Shown here piece by piece: positions 10,805-19,512 of a DNA stretch of 64,000 nt (the first letter of the stretch is position 1; each line of letters starts with the position of its first letter). Below the pieces are notes generated by a model. It worked only from the letters and a program-made list of their open reading frames with translations. It was not told the origin of the DNA and ran no database searches. Position numbers and translations under genes: made by a program. The DNA comes from a virus. Location: positions 26,739 through 90,738 of IMG/VR virus record IMGVR_UViG_3300045988_110023, one strand, 5' to 3'.

Positions 10805-10864
10805 CAGTGTTTTTTAGAGCAGCGTTTTTAAGAGCATCGCATTTCCGAGCAGGAATGTAATATT

Positions 10865-10898
10865 CCCCTATACTACGCCAATAGTATAGGGGATTTTT
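10865..10898 (+). terminator. Rho-independent terminator
   Basis: 11-bp stem CCCCTATACTA/TAGTATAGGGG with a 6-nt loop, followed by ATTTTTG. Confidence 0.6.
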
Positions 10899-10953
10899 GT
10901 TTCTACTTCTATCCTAATAGTTGAACATGTAAGTGTTCCTTACAAGTTGAGCA

Positions 10954-10982
10954 AGAGAGGCAAGTGACTGCCTCTCTTTTTT
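10954..10982 (+). terminator. Rho-independent terminator
   Basis: 9-bp stem AGAGAGGCA/TGCCTCTCT followed by TTTTTTG. Confidence 0.65.
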
Positions 10983-11054
10983 GTTATTTATGATATTACC
11001 TCATATCACCTTAAATCTCTGATAATCAACCACTAAAAGAAAGTGTGATAGAGT

Positions 11055-11087
11055 TATATTTGCTCTCCCCTATTCTTCGTACCTTTG
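11055..11087 (+). promoter_or_regulatory. Promoter candidate for the 11148 gene
   Basis: TATATTTG at 11055-11062 and TACCTTTG at 11080-11087, about 60 nt upstream of the ATG. Confidence 0.4.
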
Positions 11088-11147
11088 CATCCGTAACGTT
11101 ACAATAGTGTTAGTTAATATTAAGGATAACTTAAAAAGATTGTAAAA

Positions 11148-11873
11148 ATGGAGATGACAGATGCAAAGGTCGTAGAAAAGAAAATCTACGAAGAGGGGAA
11201 AAAGCATGACGATTATGCTTCTAAGGCTACAGGTAATGCTGGTCTTACCCTTGGTATCATCGGCACAGCACTCGGTGCTGGCGCTTGGTTGCTTGGCGGT
11301 AACAACCGCAGTGTGTTTGGTTCACTCGGTGGCAGCAATATGCCTGAGAACGTGAACATCAACGCCTATGGGGCTAACGCAAGTTCAAATCAGCCAACCG
11401 CCTTACAGGTGATGGAGAAGGAATGCGATGATGAGGTGAAGTTGCTTACCTACATGTTCGGTATGAAGCTCGACACCGCTAACAAGTTCTACGCTATGCG
11501 AGAGACAGACATCGCTGAGAAGTTCTCTATGTATAAGGGTGCTAACGATGCTATCAACGCCGAGAACCGCCGTGCAATGCAGGCTGAGTTCGGTCTTTAC
11601 AAGTCTCAGATTGATGCAGATTTTGGCTTGTACAAGAATCAGAGAGACCAGTACGATGCGTTGCAAGCAAAGTATAGCGACCTCGACAAGAAGGTAGCCG
11701 TGATGGAAGCCCTCACTCCTTACAAGGAGAAGCTTATGATGGCTTACGTTAACGAGAAGACCTGCAATTGCTTGCGTGGTCAGTTGGTACTCCCATCTAC
11801 GCCAGTAATTTCGGGCTACGGCAGCTATTGCTGTAACGGTACTGCTACTTCCACGCCCACTACAGGAGCGTAA
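11148..11873 (+). CDS. Hypothetical protein with one glycine-rich hydrophobic segment
   Basis: 241-aa ORF with the segment GNAGLTLGIIGTALGAGAWLLGG. No family recognised. Confidence 0.7.
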   Translation: MEMTDAKVVEKKIYEEGKKHDDYASKATGNAGLTLGIIGTALGAGAWLLGGNNRSVFGSLGGSNMPENVNINAYGANASSNQPTALQVMEKECDDEVKLLTYMFGMKLDTANKFYAMRETDIAEKFSMYKGANDAINAENRRAMQAEFGLYKSQIDADFGLYKNQRDQYDALQAKYSDLDKKVAVMEALTPYKEKLMMAYVNEKTCNCLRGQLVLPSTPVISGYGSYCCNGTATSTPTTGA

Positions 11874-11996
11874 CAGAGCAGTAAGGAAGTCGGTTAGACG
11901 GACTAAAAAGAAATGAGTTGGTGAGGGGTGTTTGCCCTCGTTGGTGGATGCCCTCTCACCTCTCTATAATATATCACCAACTTAAAGATATTGATT

Positions 11997-12488
11997 ATGA
12001 TGAATTTTGGAAACAGCCCATTATTGGATATGGGTACAAGTCAGCAGCAGCCGCAGATGATGGATGCCGAGCTACAGAAGATGTATGAGGCAATACAACA
12101 GAAGCGAGCATCTATCAACATGCAGGCGCAGCAGTCTTCCACCCCTTTATGGGATGAAATCGACAAGATTGAAGACAATCTTACAGGCGCACAACGTCAG
12201 TACTTGATGCAAAATCAGGAGTACGTCAATAGCTTGCAATATGTGTCTAAGCTAGTGCAAGACGAGGAATTGCGCATCATACGTCCTCGCATTGAGAGTA
12301 CTCAGCAAGGACAGGAGGCATTAAAGAAACATTTGTCTTTGATGCAACGACTGAGAAAAGAAGTAGCACAGGCGGAAGAGCAGAAAACCGCTATGCTTAA
12401 CGACTATATGACAAATCATAGTGATAAAACGTGGCAAGAGTATCTCGCTATGGTTCAAGGGACAAAGAAGGGAGGAACTAAGAAATGA
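11997..12488 (+). CDS. Hypothetical coiled-coil protein
   Basis: The ORF track starts at TTG 11991. The first ATG is at 11997. Q/E-rich and helical. Confidence 0.65.
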   Translation: MMNFGNSPLLDMGTSQQQPQMMDAELQKMYEAIQQKRASINMQAQQSSTPLWDEIDKIEDNLTGAQRQYLMQNQEYVNSLQYVSKLVQDEELRIIRPRIESTQQGQEALKKHLSLMQRLRKEVAQAEEQKTAMLNDYMTNHSDKTWQEYLAMVQGTKKGGTKK

Positions 12489-12916
12489 ACGTAACAGAAT
12501 TGAAAGAGAAACTGCTTACATCGCTTGATTTGTGGGCAGATGCTAGAATAGACGATATGGTTAAGGCTAACCAGATGCTCGCCATACCATCAGTGTACAT
12601 GAAACGTGCGGCGCACAACATCATCGCCAAGCACAAAGATAGTTGGGGCAAGAGCATTGACAACGCTACCCTATTCATCGCCGATGAAGACGGCAACATA
12701 GATGCCAACACGATATTTAAAGATATGATGCAGATGCTAAAATCCGTGGAAGATTACAAATTCGATGTAGGTTTTATACACGGACATATCGACAAAGGAG
12801 TTGTGTCTATTGACCTGCCAGATGGAATTGCTACTGCTATTCTCTTTGGTAGCAAGCGAAGTATCAACTTCACAGAGGAGGACTTTGTAGAGTTGAGAGA
12901 TTTGATAATAGGTTAA
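12485..12916 (+). CDS. Hypothetical protein
   Basis: 143-aa ORF with a 4-nt start/stop overlap (ATGA) with the previous gene. Confidence 0.7.
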   Translation: MNVTELKEKLLTSLDLWADARIDDMVKANQMLAIPSVYMKRAAHNIIAKHKDSWGKSIDNATLFIADEDGNIDANTIFKDMMQMLKSVEDYKFDVGFIHGHIDKGVVSIDLPDGIATAILFGSKRSINFTEEDFVELRDLIIG

Positions 12917-12928
12917 AATATATAAGAT

Positions 12929-13435
12929 ATGGAAACAAAAGAGATTATGAGTAAATTTGATGAGCTGTACGGAATGATGGCATCATCAGCAAACGTAAAG
13001 TATATGCACGTATTCGGTAATACGATGCGTTGCATGATGAAGGATATGGCATCCAAGCACCCAGAGTTGGCACAAGAGTATCTTGATAAGCTTTGCGCTA
13101 TCAAGTGGAAGAACTATCTTACGAAGAAGGAGGCTTCGGAGATTGTAAACGGTATGAATCCACCAGTAACCTGGGATATGCAGACATGGATCAATGCTAT
13201 GACCGGTCTCGGACTTGCAACAGAAGAGAAACCTTATTACAACGATTACGCTTTGTACGTTGCGATGAATCAGGTTGTAAGCGACCACGGATGCACAATT
13301 GCTAAGATACTCGGCAAGGAAGATGTTAAGGACATTGATACAGAACATCTGGTTAAGTATGCCCACAGCCTTGCACTCGATTTGTTGAAAGACAAGGATG
13401 GTGTATACAACATCAGAGAGTATTTTCTGAAGTAA
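12929..13435 (+). CDS. Hypothetical protein
   Basis: 168-aa ORF in the same operon-like run. The antisense 275-aa ORF at 12986-13813 has implausible composition. Confidence 0.7.
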   Translation: METKEIMSKFDELYGMMASSANVKYMHVFGNTMRCMMKDMASKHPELAQEYLDKLCAIKWKNYLTKKEASEIVNGMNPPVTWDMQTWINAMTGLGLATEEKPYYNDYALYVAMNQVVSDHGCTIAKILGKEDVKDIDTEHLVKYAHSLALDLLKDKDGVYNIREYFLK

Positions 13436-13453
13436 CATCAAAAATATACGGTT

Positions 13454-13882
13454 ATGAAAAAGATATTCGAAGACATTATAGCTAGCAATGACATGCAGGC
13501 TATCAAGAACTGTGTTACGATCATGGCAGATTGTTGTGAAGTCGGAATGAATGACAGCGTAATGCTTGATATGATGAAGCAGGTCCAGGGAGAGATTGGC
13601 GCGTGTCATTATAACGAAGAAATGGCAGATATGCATCTTTGTCTCATAGGCCAGCTTCACACTAAAGATGTAGCCAAGGACTATTGGCATGAGGTCAAGA
13701 ACGACAACATCAATCTCGAAGACTGGTGCGTTCTCTGGGGTGAAATGGTAAAACGCAACGACGCAAAGATAAAGAAATGGTTCCCGAAGATCAATACGTA
13801 CAACTACGAGCAAAAGATTTTCGATGAATGTATTTCCTTCCTGGAAAGTGGCAGACTTCCATATTATGACTTGAATGTCTAA
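13454..13882 (+). CDS. Hypothetical protein
   Basis: 142-aa ORF, followed by an 11-bp hairpin (AAAGTTTCGGT / ACCGAAACTTT, about 13901-13950). Confidence 0.7.
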   Translation: MKKIFEDIIASNDMQAIKNCVTIMADCCEVGMNDSVMLDMMKQVQGEIGACHYNEEMADMHLCLIGQLHTKDVAKDYWHEVKNDNINLEDWCVLWGEMVKRNDAKIKKWFPKINTYNYEQKIFDECISFLESGRLPYYDLNV

Positions 13883-13980
13883 AGTTTTTCGTTATGCTGA
13901 ATAAAGTTTCGGTTTTTTTTGCTATCTTTGCAGAAAGAGACCGAAACTTTATTTTTATTAATTATTCAGGATAACAGATT

Positions 13981-14493
13981 ATGACAGATTTATTAGATTC
14001 ATCACAGATTCGGCAGATAGGTGTTACTATTTTTTCAGCTATACTTGCCTTTGCAACGCCAACAGAGGGATTCATCTTGGCGTTGGTTATCGCATTTGGC
14101 TTCAATATCTTCTGCGGTATGCGAGCTGACGGCGTGAGTGTTGTACGATGCAAGAATTTTTCTGTATCAAAGTTCAAGAACGCACTTTTAGAGATGCTCT
14201 TGTATGTTGTTATTGTGTATGTCATGTATGGAATCATGGTAAGTTGCAACGACAATACAGAAGCATTATTCGTGATTAAGATGCTTACGTATATATTCTG
14301 CTATGTGTATCTATGCAACGCGTTCAAAAACCTCATCAAGGCATACCCTAAGAATGTAGCATTCAGAGTTATTTACTACATTTTGAGATTCGAGTTTGCA
14401 AAGGCACTGCCTAGTTACTGGAAACCGATTATTGACAGACTCAACAATGAGTTTGATAAAAAAGAGGAGGAAAACAAAAATGGCAAACAGTAA
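13981..14493 (+). CDS. Holin-like membrane protein
   Basis: 170 aa with at least 3 hydrophobic helices and a charged C-terminus (KKEEENKNGKQ). It overlaps the start of the endolysin gene. The call rests on position and topology only. Confidence 0.5.
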   Translation: MTDLLDSSQIRQIGVTIFSAILAFATPTEGFILALVIAFGFNIFCGMRADGVSVVRCKNFSVSKFKNALLEMLLYVVIVYVMYGIMVSCNDNTEALFVIKMLTYIFCYVYLCNAFKNLIKAYPKNVAFRVIYYILRFEFAKALPSYWKPIIDRLNNEFDKKEEENKNGKQ

Positions 14494-14992
14494 GATTTTA
14501 GAGCCGTTTATCCTAAAGTGGGAAGGTGGCTTCGTTAACGACAAAGATGATTTGGGAGGAGCTACTAATATGGGTGTGACTCTTGCTACGTACCGCTCAG
14601 TATTCGGCAGCAAGAAGACGGTTAACGATTTAAAGCGTATGACCAGTGTGCAATGGGGTGTAATCTTCAAGAAGTACTACTGGGATAAGTGGAATGCTGA
14701 TGATATTAAAGACCAGAACGTAGCCAATATCCTCGTCGACTGGGTATGGGCTAGCGGAGCCTACGGTATCAAGATTCCTCAGAGAGTTCTTGGCGTTGAT
14801 GTGGATGGTATTGTCGGGCCGAAGACTATCGCAGCTGTCAACGCAAGAGATGGCCGGGAACTGTTTGATAACATCAAGCAGGAAAGAAAAAATTTCATTG
14901 ACCGTATCTGTCAGACAAGACCACAGAACAAAAAGTTCAAGAATGGTTGGCTGAACAGAATTAATTCACTTGCTTATGAAACTGATAGATAA
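14480..14992 (+). CDS. Endolysin: GH108 N-acetylmuramidase domain plus a PG_binding_3-like domain
   Basis: Internal ATG at 14480 gives MANSKILEPFILKWEGGFVNDKDDLGGATNMGVT, the GH108 signature with catalytic EGG. This is followed by ...VLGVDVDGIVGPKTIAAVNA, a peptidoglycan-binding motif. Confidence 0.85.
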   Translation: MANSKILEPFILKWEGGFVNDKDDLGGATNMGVTLATYRSVFGSKKTVNDLKRMTSVQWGVIFKKYYWDKWNADDIKDQNVANILVDWVWASGAYGIKIPQRVLGVDVDGIVGPKTIAAVNARDGRELFDNIKQERKNFIDRICQTRPQNKKFKNGWLNRINSLAYETDR

Positions 14993-15572
14993 GATAACAA
15001 AGGTTGTAATTACCATTGCAGTAGCAATGCTGATTCTATCAATGTTCTGTAGATGTAAGGCGAAAGAACGTGTGATAGAGAAGAAAACGTACATCACAGA
15101 CCGGCGCAACGAGGCTAAGTGGGATTCACTCTTTAATGCAAGGCTTGTCAAGGAGCTGGAATCATACAGAGCATCGCATAAAGAGTCTATGAAGTCAACT
15201 ACGAAAGAGAAGACACATATCAAGGATAGTACAGCTTCGAAGTATGATGCGAACGGCAACAAGGTTGGTGAGGATAAATTTCACTACGAATATCACGAAA
15301 TATCACAAGAGGACGTACAGATACTGAGAGATAGTATTTCTAGTCTTAAGGAATACAAGGATAGTGCTGCGATATATCATAGCAAGTGTGACTCCTTAAT
15401 CTCAGTGATAAGTAAAATATCGAAAGATAAAGTATATGTCGAGAAACAGCTATCAAGGACTGACATGGCATTTTTAAATATAGGTAAGATAACTTCAGTT
15501 TGCCTTTTCATAGGCATTCTCGCATTTTTAGGTTGTATATACTGGAAATTAAAGTTACACAAACGTTCTTAG
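14976..15572 (+). CDS. Candidate unimolecular spanin
   Basis: ATG at 14976. N-terminal signal with a lipobox-like LSMFC, a long charged middle part and a C-terminal TM helix (ITSVCLFIGILAFLGCIYW). It overlaps the endolysin 3' end. Confidence 0.45.
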   Translation: MKLIDKITKVVITIAVAMLILSMFCRCKAKERVIEKKTYITDRRNEAKWDSLFNARLVKELESYRASHKESMKSTTKEKTHIKDSTASKYDANGNKVGEDKFHYEYHEISQEDVQILRDSISSLKEYKDSAAIYHSKCDSLISVISKISKDKVYVEKQLSRTDMAFLNIGKITSVCLFIGILAFLGCIYWKLKLHKRS

Positions 15573-15610
15573 TTTTTTCTAATGTTTTTATTTGGTTATT
15601 GATTTATAAA

Positions 15611-15647
15611 CAAAAAGGGGTGACCGCACGCGATGTGTAGCCACCCC
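15611..15647. terminator. Hairpin terminator between the convergent late (+) and early (-) blocks
   Basis: GGGGTG...CACCCC stem at 15617-15647 preceded by CAAAAA, which gives a T-tract on the minus strand. Confidence 0.5.
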
Positions 15648-15672
15648 TAAACATATAGATAATGCACAGAAA

Positions 15673-16302
15673 TTATTCTTCAGCTCCCTGGAGGAACTTG
15701 ATACCATACTTCGTCTCGTAGTGTTTCTGCTGCTCTTCTGTCAACATTTTGGTTTCGCTGTCGTAGAACACGGTAAGCAGCTCTCCGTAATCTTTGTCGT
15801 AGAAGTAGTTGTATTTATTGCAGAGATAGTTCCTTGCACAGAGACATCTGCTCGGAATGGTCTTGAACTTGCGTCGTGTCTTCTGTTTTATTCCATTCGT
15901 TGCTCTGTACCTGTCAAGCCTCAGCGTCTTTTTTAGAGATTCAGAACGTTTAGCTATTATCTCCGGTCTTATTATTGCCTGTGCACATTTCAACCGAAGT
16001 CTTTCTTCCGTTTCCTGGGTATGAGTAACGCCAAGTGCCTTTGCTATGCTTGTTACACATGACTTTGTTATTCCAAGTTCTTTGGAAATTTCAGAAGAAG
16101 AGTAATCCGGATATAGCTTACGGACAGATTCCCTGATCTTCTCTCTTTGCTCTTTTCTTGCGTCCTTGAACGAATCCCCATGCAGCCTATGTAGCCACCA
16201 GTAAACAGTCTGTACTGCGCAACCGAAGCTCTTGGCCATTGCGTAAGGAGATTCGTAAGGGTGTTCCTTTATATACGTTTTCTGTTCATCTGTGATATTC
16301 AT
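15673..16302 (-). CDS. DNA-binding protein with two HTH-like segments
   Basis: 209 aa. AMAKSFGCAVQTVYWWL and SSSEISKELGITKSCVTSIAKAL resemble HTH motifs. Confidence 0.65.
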   Translation of the reverse strand: MNITDEQKTYIKEHPYESPYAMAKSFGCAVQTVYWWLHRLHGDSFKDARKEQREKIRESVRKLYPDYSSSEISKELGITKSCVTSIAKALGVTHTQETEERLRLKCAQAIIRPEIIAKRSESLKKTLRLDRYRATNGIKQKTRRKFKTIPSRCLCARNYLCNKYNYFYDKDYGELLTVFYDSETKMLTEEQQKHYETKYGIKFLQGAEE

Positions 16303-16305
16303 GTA

Positions 16306-16950
16306 TTACTTTTTATCAGAAGAGCCGTAGCCGTTATCGCCGCGCTCTGTTTTGTTTAACTCATCCGTCTCTATAAACATGATGTTGTCACAAGTTTCAA
16401 GATGAAATTGTACCACTTTGTCGCCAACCTTATATCGCGGCATTTTTGGAAATACGTGATAGAATACAGCAGAAATCTCGCCTGTATAATTGTCTATTGT
16501 ACCAATACCGTTACTAAGAATCATTCCTGTATTACATATAGAAGAACGTGAACGAAATGTAAAACATCTTGAAATGTCAACAGGTTTCTTTTGGTCTTCA
16601 ATCTGTAAAGCGAATCCTAGACCATACTTCCATACATTAGGGTAAATCTCCATTTCTGATACAGCATAGCAGTCGTAGCAGAAATCATCATCGTGCGCCT
16701 TGGTTGGCATAATAGCATTCTCGTCTGTTTTCTTGAACAAAACTGGTTCACCAATAACTTCGGTAAACCGGTTCATTATTACACCTCCAACATTAACTTT
16801 ACCGTAGAAAATATCGGCAGGGCGCGTCCAAATCTTGTGTTCACCATAGAGTGCCATATAAACAACTTCTTTCTCCTGAGTTTCACTATTAGTGACCTCA
16901 GTAATAAATCTGTAATAACCTCCTTTAAAATGTCTGTAGATCTTTTCCAT
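16306..16950 (-). CDS. dut: DUF1653-dUTPase fusion protein
   Basis: N-terminus YRHFKGGYYRFI...VVYMALYGEHKIWTRPADIFYGKV fits the DUF1653 pattern. The C-terminal half carries trimeric dUTPase motifs: RSRSS, GTIDNYTGEI, GDKVVQFHL, ERGDNGYGSS. Confidence 0.8.
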   Translation of the reverse strand: MEKIYRHFKGGYYRFITEVTNSETQEKEVVYMALYGEHKIWTRPADIFYGKVNVGGVIMNRFTEVIGEPVLFKKTDENAIMPTKAHDDDFCYDCYAVSEMEIYPNVWKYGLGFALQIEDQKKPVDISRCFTFRSRSSICNTGMILSNGIGTIDNYTGEISAVFYHVFPKMPRYKVGDKVVQFHLETCDNIMFIETDELNKTERGDNGYGSSDKK

Positions 16951-16965
16951 TTTAATATTTAAAGT

Positions 16966-17094
16966 TTAAAATTCATGTTCATCACATACTTGGTCGCAAG
17001 ATGATTCATGCTCGTTATTACTGCACCATCCTACACCATAAGCGTCTTCGCTATCAAACCAATGACAGTTACCGCAACATTTTTCTTCATTCAT
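16966..17094 (-). CDS. Small Cys-rich protein (42 aa), not in the ORF track
   Basis: MNEEKCCGNCHWFDSEDAYGVGWCSNNEHESSCDQVCDEHEF. Its ATG overlaps the previous TGA (ATGA) and uses the recurrent AGCGTATG start context. Confidence 0.45.
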   Translation of the reverse strand: MNEEKCCGNCHWFDSEDAYGVGWCSNNEHESSCDQVCDEHEF

Positions 17095-17351
17095 ACGCTG
17101 TACTGTTTTAATCTTTCTACACTACGGCGAAGGTCTCTCGGACGGAACGGATCCTTTTTATTAAACTTTGCCGCCTCGTTTCTGTACCTACGAGCATTCC
17201 AATATTCAACTAAACTTATGGCTTTTGTGATGCGGTGGTCTTTGCAACCATCAAACCCCATACAATACAAATCGTATCGACTATGCCAATAGCCTATCTT
17301 TCCATTACGAAAGTTTGGCTTCATTATCTTCTTTGCTAATCTAATCTTCAT
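17091..17351 (-). CDS. Hypothetical basic protein
   Basis: 86-aa ORF packed tightly between neighbours. Confidence 0.6.
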   Translation of the reverse strand: MKIRLAKKIMKPNFRNGKIGYWHSRYDLYCMGFDGCKDHRITKAISLVEYWNARRYRNEAAKFNKKDPFRPRDLRRSVERLKQYSV

Positions 17352-17353
17352 CC

Positions 17354-17557
17354 TTACACCTCCTCCCAGTCTGTTGCGAGAATATCCTCAGAATCTTTAA
17401 AAACACAAGGAAAGAATTCTCCATCGCATACAGCCACAATAGTCTCAGAGACAATATGGATATAAGCTCCACATTCTTTCCAGATTCCCCTTCTCACTTT
17501 CTTTCCTTCCTTCATTCTTCTCAGAGCCTCCGAGAAATCAAATATTTCCTTGCTCAT
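17354..17557 (-). CDS. DUF2829-like small protein (the family that contains Thoeris anti-defence Tad2)
   Basis: 67 aa. FSEALRRMKEGKKVRRGIWKECGAYIHIV fits the DUF2829 N-terminal pattern (aL.a.k.GkkvrR.gW). Confidence 0.5.
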   Translation of the reverse strand: MSKEIFDFSEALRRMKEGKKVRRGIWKECGAYIHIVSETIVAVCDGEFFPCVFKDSEDILATDWEEV

Positions 17558-18762
17558 TATAATTCTGCTTTAAAGTTGTAAATTGGTTTAATAACATCAA
17601 TGACATCAACCGTAGGTTTGATTAACTCAACAATCTCTTCGGTTGGCTTGTATGCCATAGGTGCTTCATCAATGGTTTCTTCACAAACTGATGTGGAATA
17701 AATGCCATTCATTTCATTCTTGTAAGAATCCATAGATAACTCTTTCTTCGCCTGTGTACGAGACATTAATCTACCTGCGCCATGAGGGGCAGAGCATAGC
17801 CAATCTTTGTTACCTTTTCCCTTGCAGATAAGAGAACCATCACGCATATTCATTGGGATAATGACTACCTCATCCTTTTTTGCACTGATAGCTCCCTTTC
17901 GCAATATACCCTTGTCTGTATCTATATAGTTGTGAATGGTTGTAAAAGAATACTTATCTGAATTAGCATCAATATCTACACCTAAAGCATTTACAAGTCT
18001 GTTGGCGATAATCATTCTGTTTTGTTCAGCATATTTTTGAACTATGCGCATATCATTGAGGTAGTCATTGAGCAAATCACCTTCCAAGTAAGAAAGTTCC
18101 TTGCTTATATTTTTAGTACCTAATGACTTAATAACACTCTGTATCTCATTTTCTCTGCCTTCGCTTTTTAGCTTGGCAATAACCTCCGACTTATCGGCAG
18201 CCTTCTTGTGGCAATACTGGTAAGCAAGGTTTTGGTAATAGTTGCATACCCTAACTCCAAGGTTTCTACTTCCTGTATGTATCACAAGAAACTTCTCACC
18301 CTCTTCGTTTGCATTTAACTCTATAAAGTGATTGCCACCGCCAAGACTTCCAACAGAACGATATACTATTTCCATGCTGTCAAGACAATCCCAAGCACGG
18401 AATTTGCCAAACATACAACCATCAACCAATCCGTTTATGTAGGCTGATACTTCTCCCTCGTTGACATTAAAACCAGACGGAATCAACTTATTGACTGCTT
18501 CATCAAATTTCTGCAAGTCAATATCAACTTTACCAAGTCTTACGACTTTCATGCCGCAGCCTATATCTACTCCAACAGTGTTAGGAACTACTCTGTTGTC
18601 AAGCTCTATTACCGTGCCAATAGTGCATCCTTTACCTGCATGGCAATCTGGCATTATTCTTATTTTACAACTATTGTAAGCCTCGCTATTAGATAGGGTT
18701 TCTATCTGTTTGATAGCTTCATCTTCTATTGTCTTTGCGAAAATCTTTGTAAACTCATTCAT
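17557..18762 (-). CDS. rtcB: RtcB-family RNA 3'-phosphate ligase
   Basis: RtcB metal- and GTP-binding motifs are present: MPDCHAGKGCTIGTV, VGVDIGCGM, GGGNHFIEL, HTGSRNLG, SAPHGAGR. Confidence 0.9.
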   Translation of the reverse strand: MNEFTKIFAKTIEDEAIKQIETLSNSEAYNSCKIRIMPDCHAGKGCTIGTVIELDNRVVPNTVGVDIGCGMKVVRLGKVDIDLQKFDEAVNKLIPSGFNVNEGEVSAYINGLVDGCMFGKFRAWDCLDSMEIVYRSVGSLGGGNHFIELNANEEGEKFLVIHTGSRNLGVRVCNYYQNLAYQYCHKKAADKSEVIAKLKSEGRENEIQSVIKSLGTKNISKELSYLEGDLLNDYLNDMRIVQKYAEQNRMIIANRLVNALGVDIDANSDKYSFTTIHNYIDTDKGILRKGAISAKKDEVVIIPMNMRDGSLICKGKGNKDWLCSAPHGAGRLMSRTQAKKELSMDSYKNEMNGIYSTSVCEETIDEAPMAYKPTEEIVELIKPTVDVIDVIKPIYNFKAEL

Positions 18763-18767
18763 ATCTC

Positions 18768-19163
18768 TTAATCTTTACGTTTAACTTTCTCAAAATAAAA
18801 CACTACCTTCTTGTCGAACTGAGGAATAATAAGACCATAGGCAATACTCATCTTCACTTGAAACTTGGCAGCGCCACTTAGCAAGCCAACCGCCTGCCTC
18901 TTTATTTCTGCTCTGAACTGTTCTAAGGTCATATCCCTCTTACGGAAGTTACAAGCACGGCAAGCTGGCATATAGTTCTCTAAGCTATCCTCGCCTTGAG
19001 TTACTGCGAACTTGCCTTGTTTCTCATCCCATCTGGAATACATTCCTCTGTTTTTGGGAACAATATGGTCTACTTGCATATCCTTGTACTCTATAGTCCT
19101 GCCACAATAGGCACAATGACCATCATACATACGATATACCTTTAGTCTAGTTTCCTTCTTCAT
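18768..19163 (-). CDS. HNH endonuclease
   Basis: CAYCGR...VDHIVPKNRG...NYMPACRACNFRK is a classical HNH / zinc-hook arrangement. Confidence 0.85.
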   Translation of the reverse strand: MKKETRLKVYRMYDGHCAYCGRTIEYKDMQVDHIVPKNRGMYSRWDEKQGKFAVTQGEDSLENYMPACRACNFRKRDMTLEQFRAEIKRQAVGLLSGAAKFQVKMSIAYGLIIPQFDKKVVFYFEKVKRKD

Positions 19164-19188
19164 TTCTTATTTTTTTAAGCTTCATACG

Positions 19189-19365
19189 CTAATTAATTAC
19201 CTCCTCAATCGTTTTGAGATAGTAAATTGTATTATTGATACCTGTAAGTTCCTTGCAAGGACTTTGATAAGTCTCAGAGATTTGTTCCAAATCCTCGATA
19301 AATTGTTGTAGCTTAATTTTATCCTCCCAATCGAGAACTACTACATTTCTTGTTTCTTTTTTCAT
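19189..19365 (-). CDS. Small hypothetical protein (58 aa), not in the ORF track
   Basis: MKKETRNVVVLDWEDKIKLQQFIEDLEQISETYQSPCKELTGINNTIYYLKTIEEVIN. TAGCGTATG junctions lie at both ends. Confidence 0.45.
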   Translation of the reverse strand: MKKETRNVVVLDWEDKIKLQQFIEDLEQISETYQSPCKELTGINNTIYYLKTIEEVIN

Positions 19366-19368
19366 ACG

Positions 19369-19509
19369 CTAAAAAGGTATTTTTTTATTACTACTGCGAA
19401 AATGCATATGTTTTCTTCTCCACGCCAAATTATTTTCTACTTTAATATGTCCGTCTGGGAATTGATGTACTCTATCCCAATAAGCAAACATAGAGAATAT
19501 ACTTTTCAT
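19369..19509 (-). CDS. Small hypothetical protein (46 aa), not in the ORF track
   Basis: MKSIFSMFAYWDRVHQFPDGHIKVENNLAWRRKHMHFRSSNKKIPF. TAGCGTATG junctions lie at both ends. Confidence 0.45.
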   Translation of the reverse strand: MKSIFSMFAYWDRVHQFPDGHIKVENNLAWRRKHMHFRSSNKKIPF

Positions 19510-19512
19510 ACG

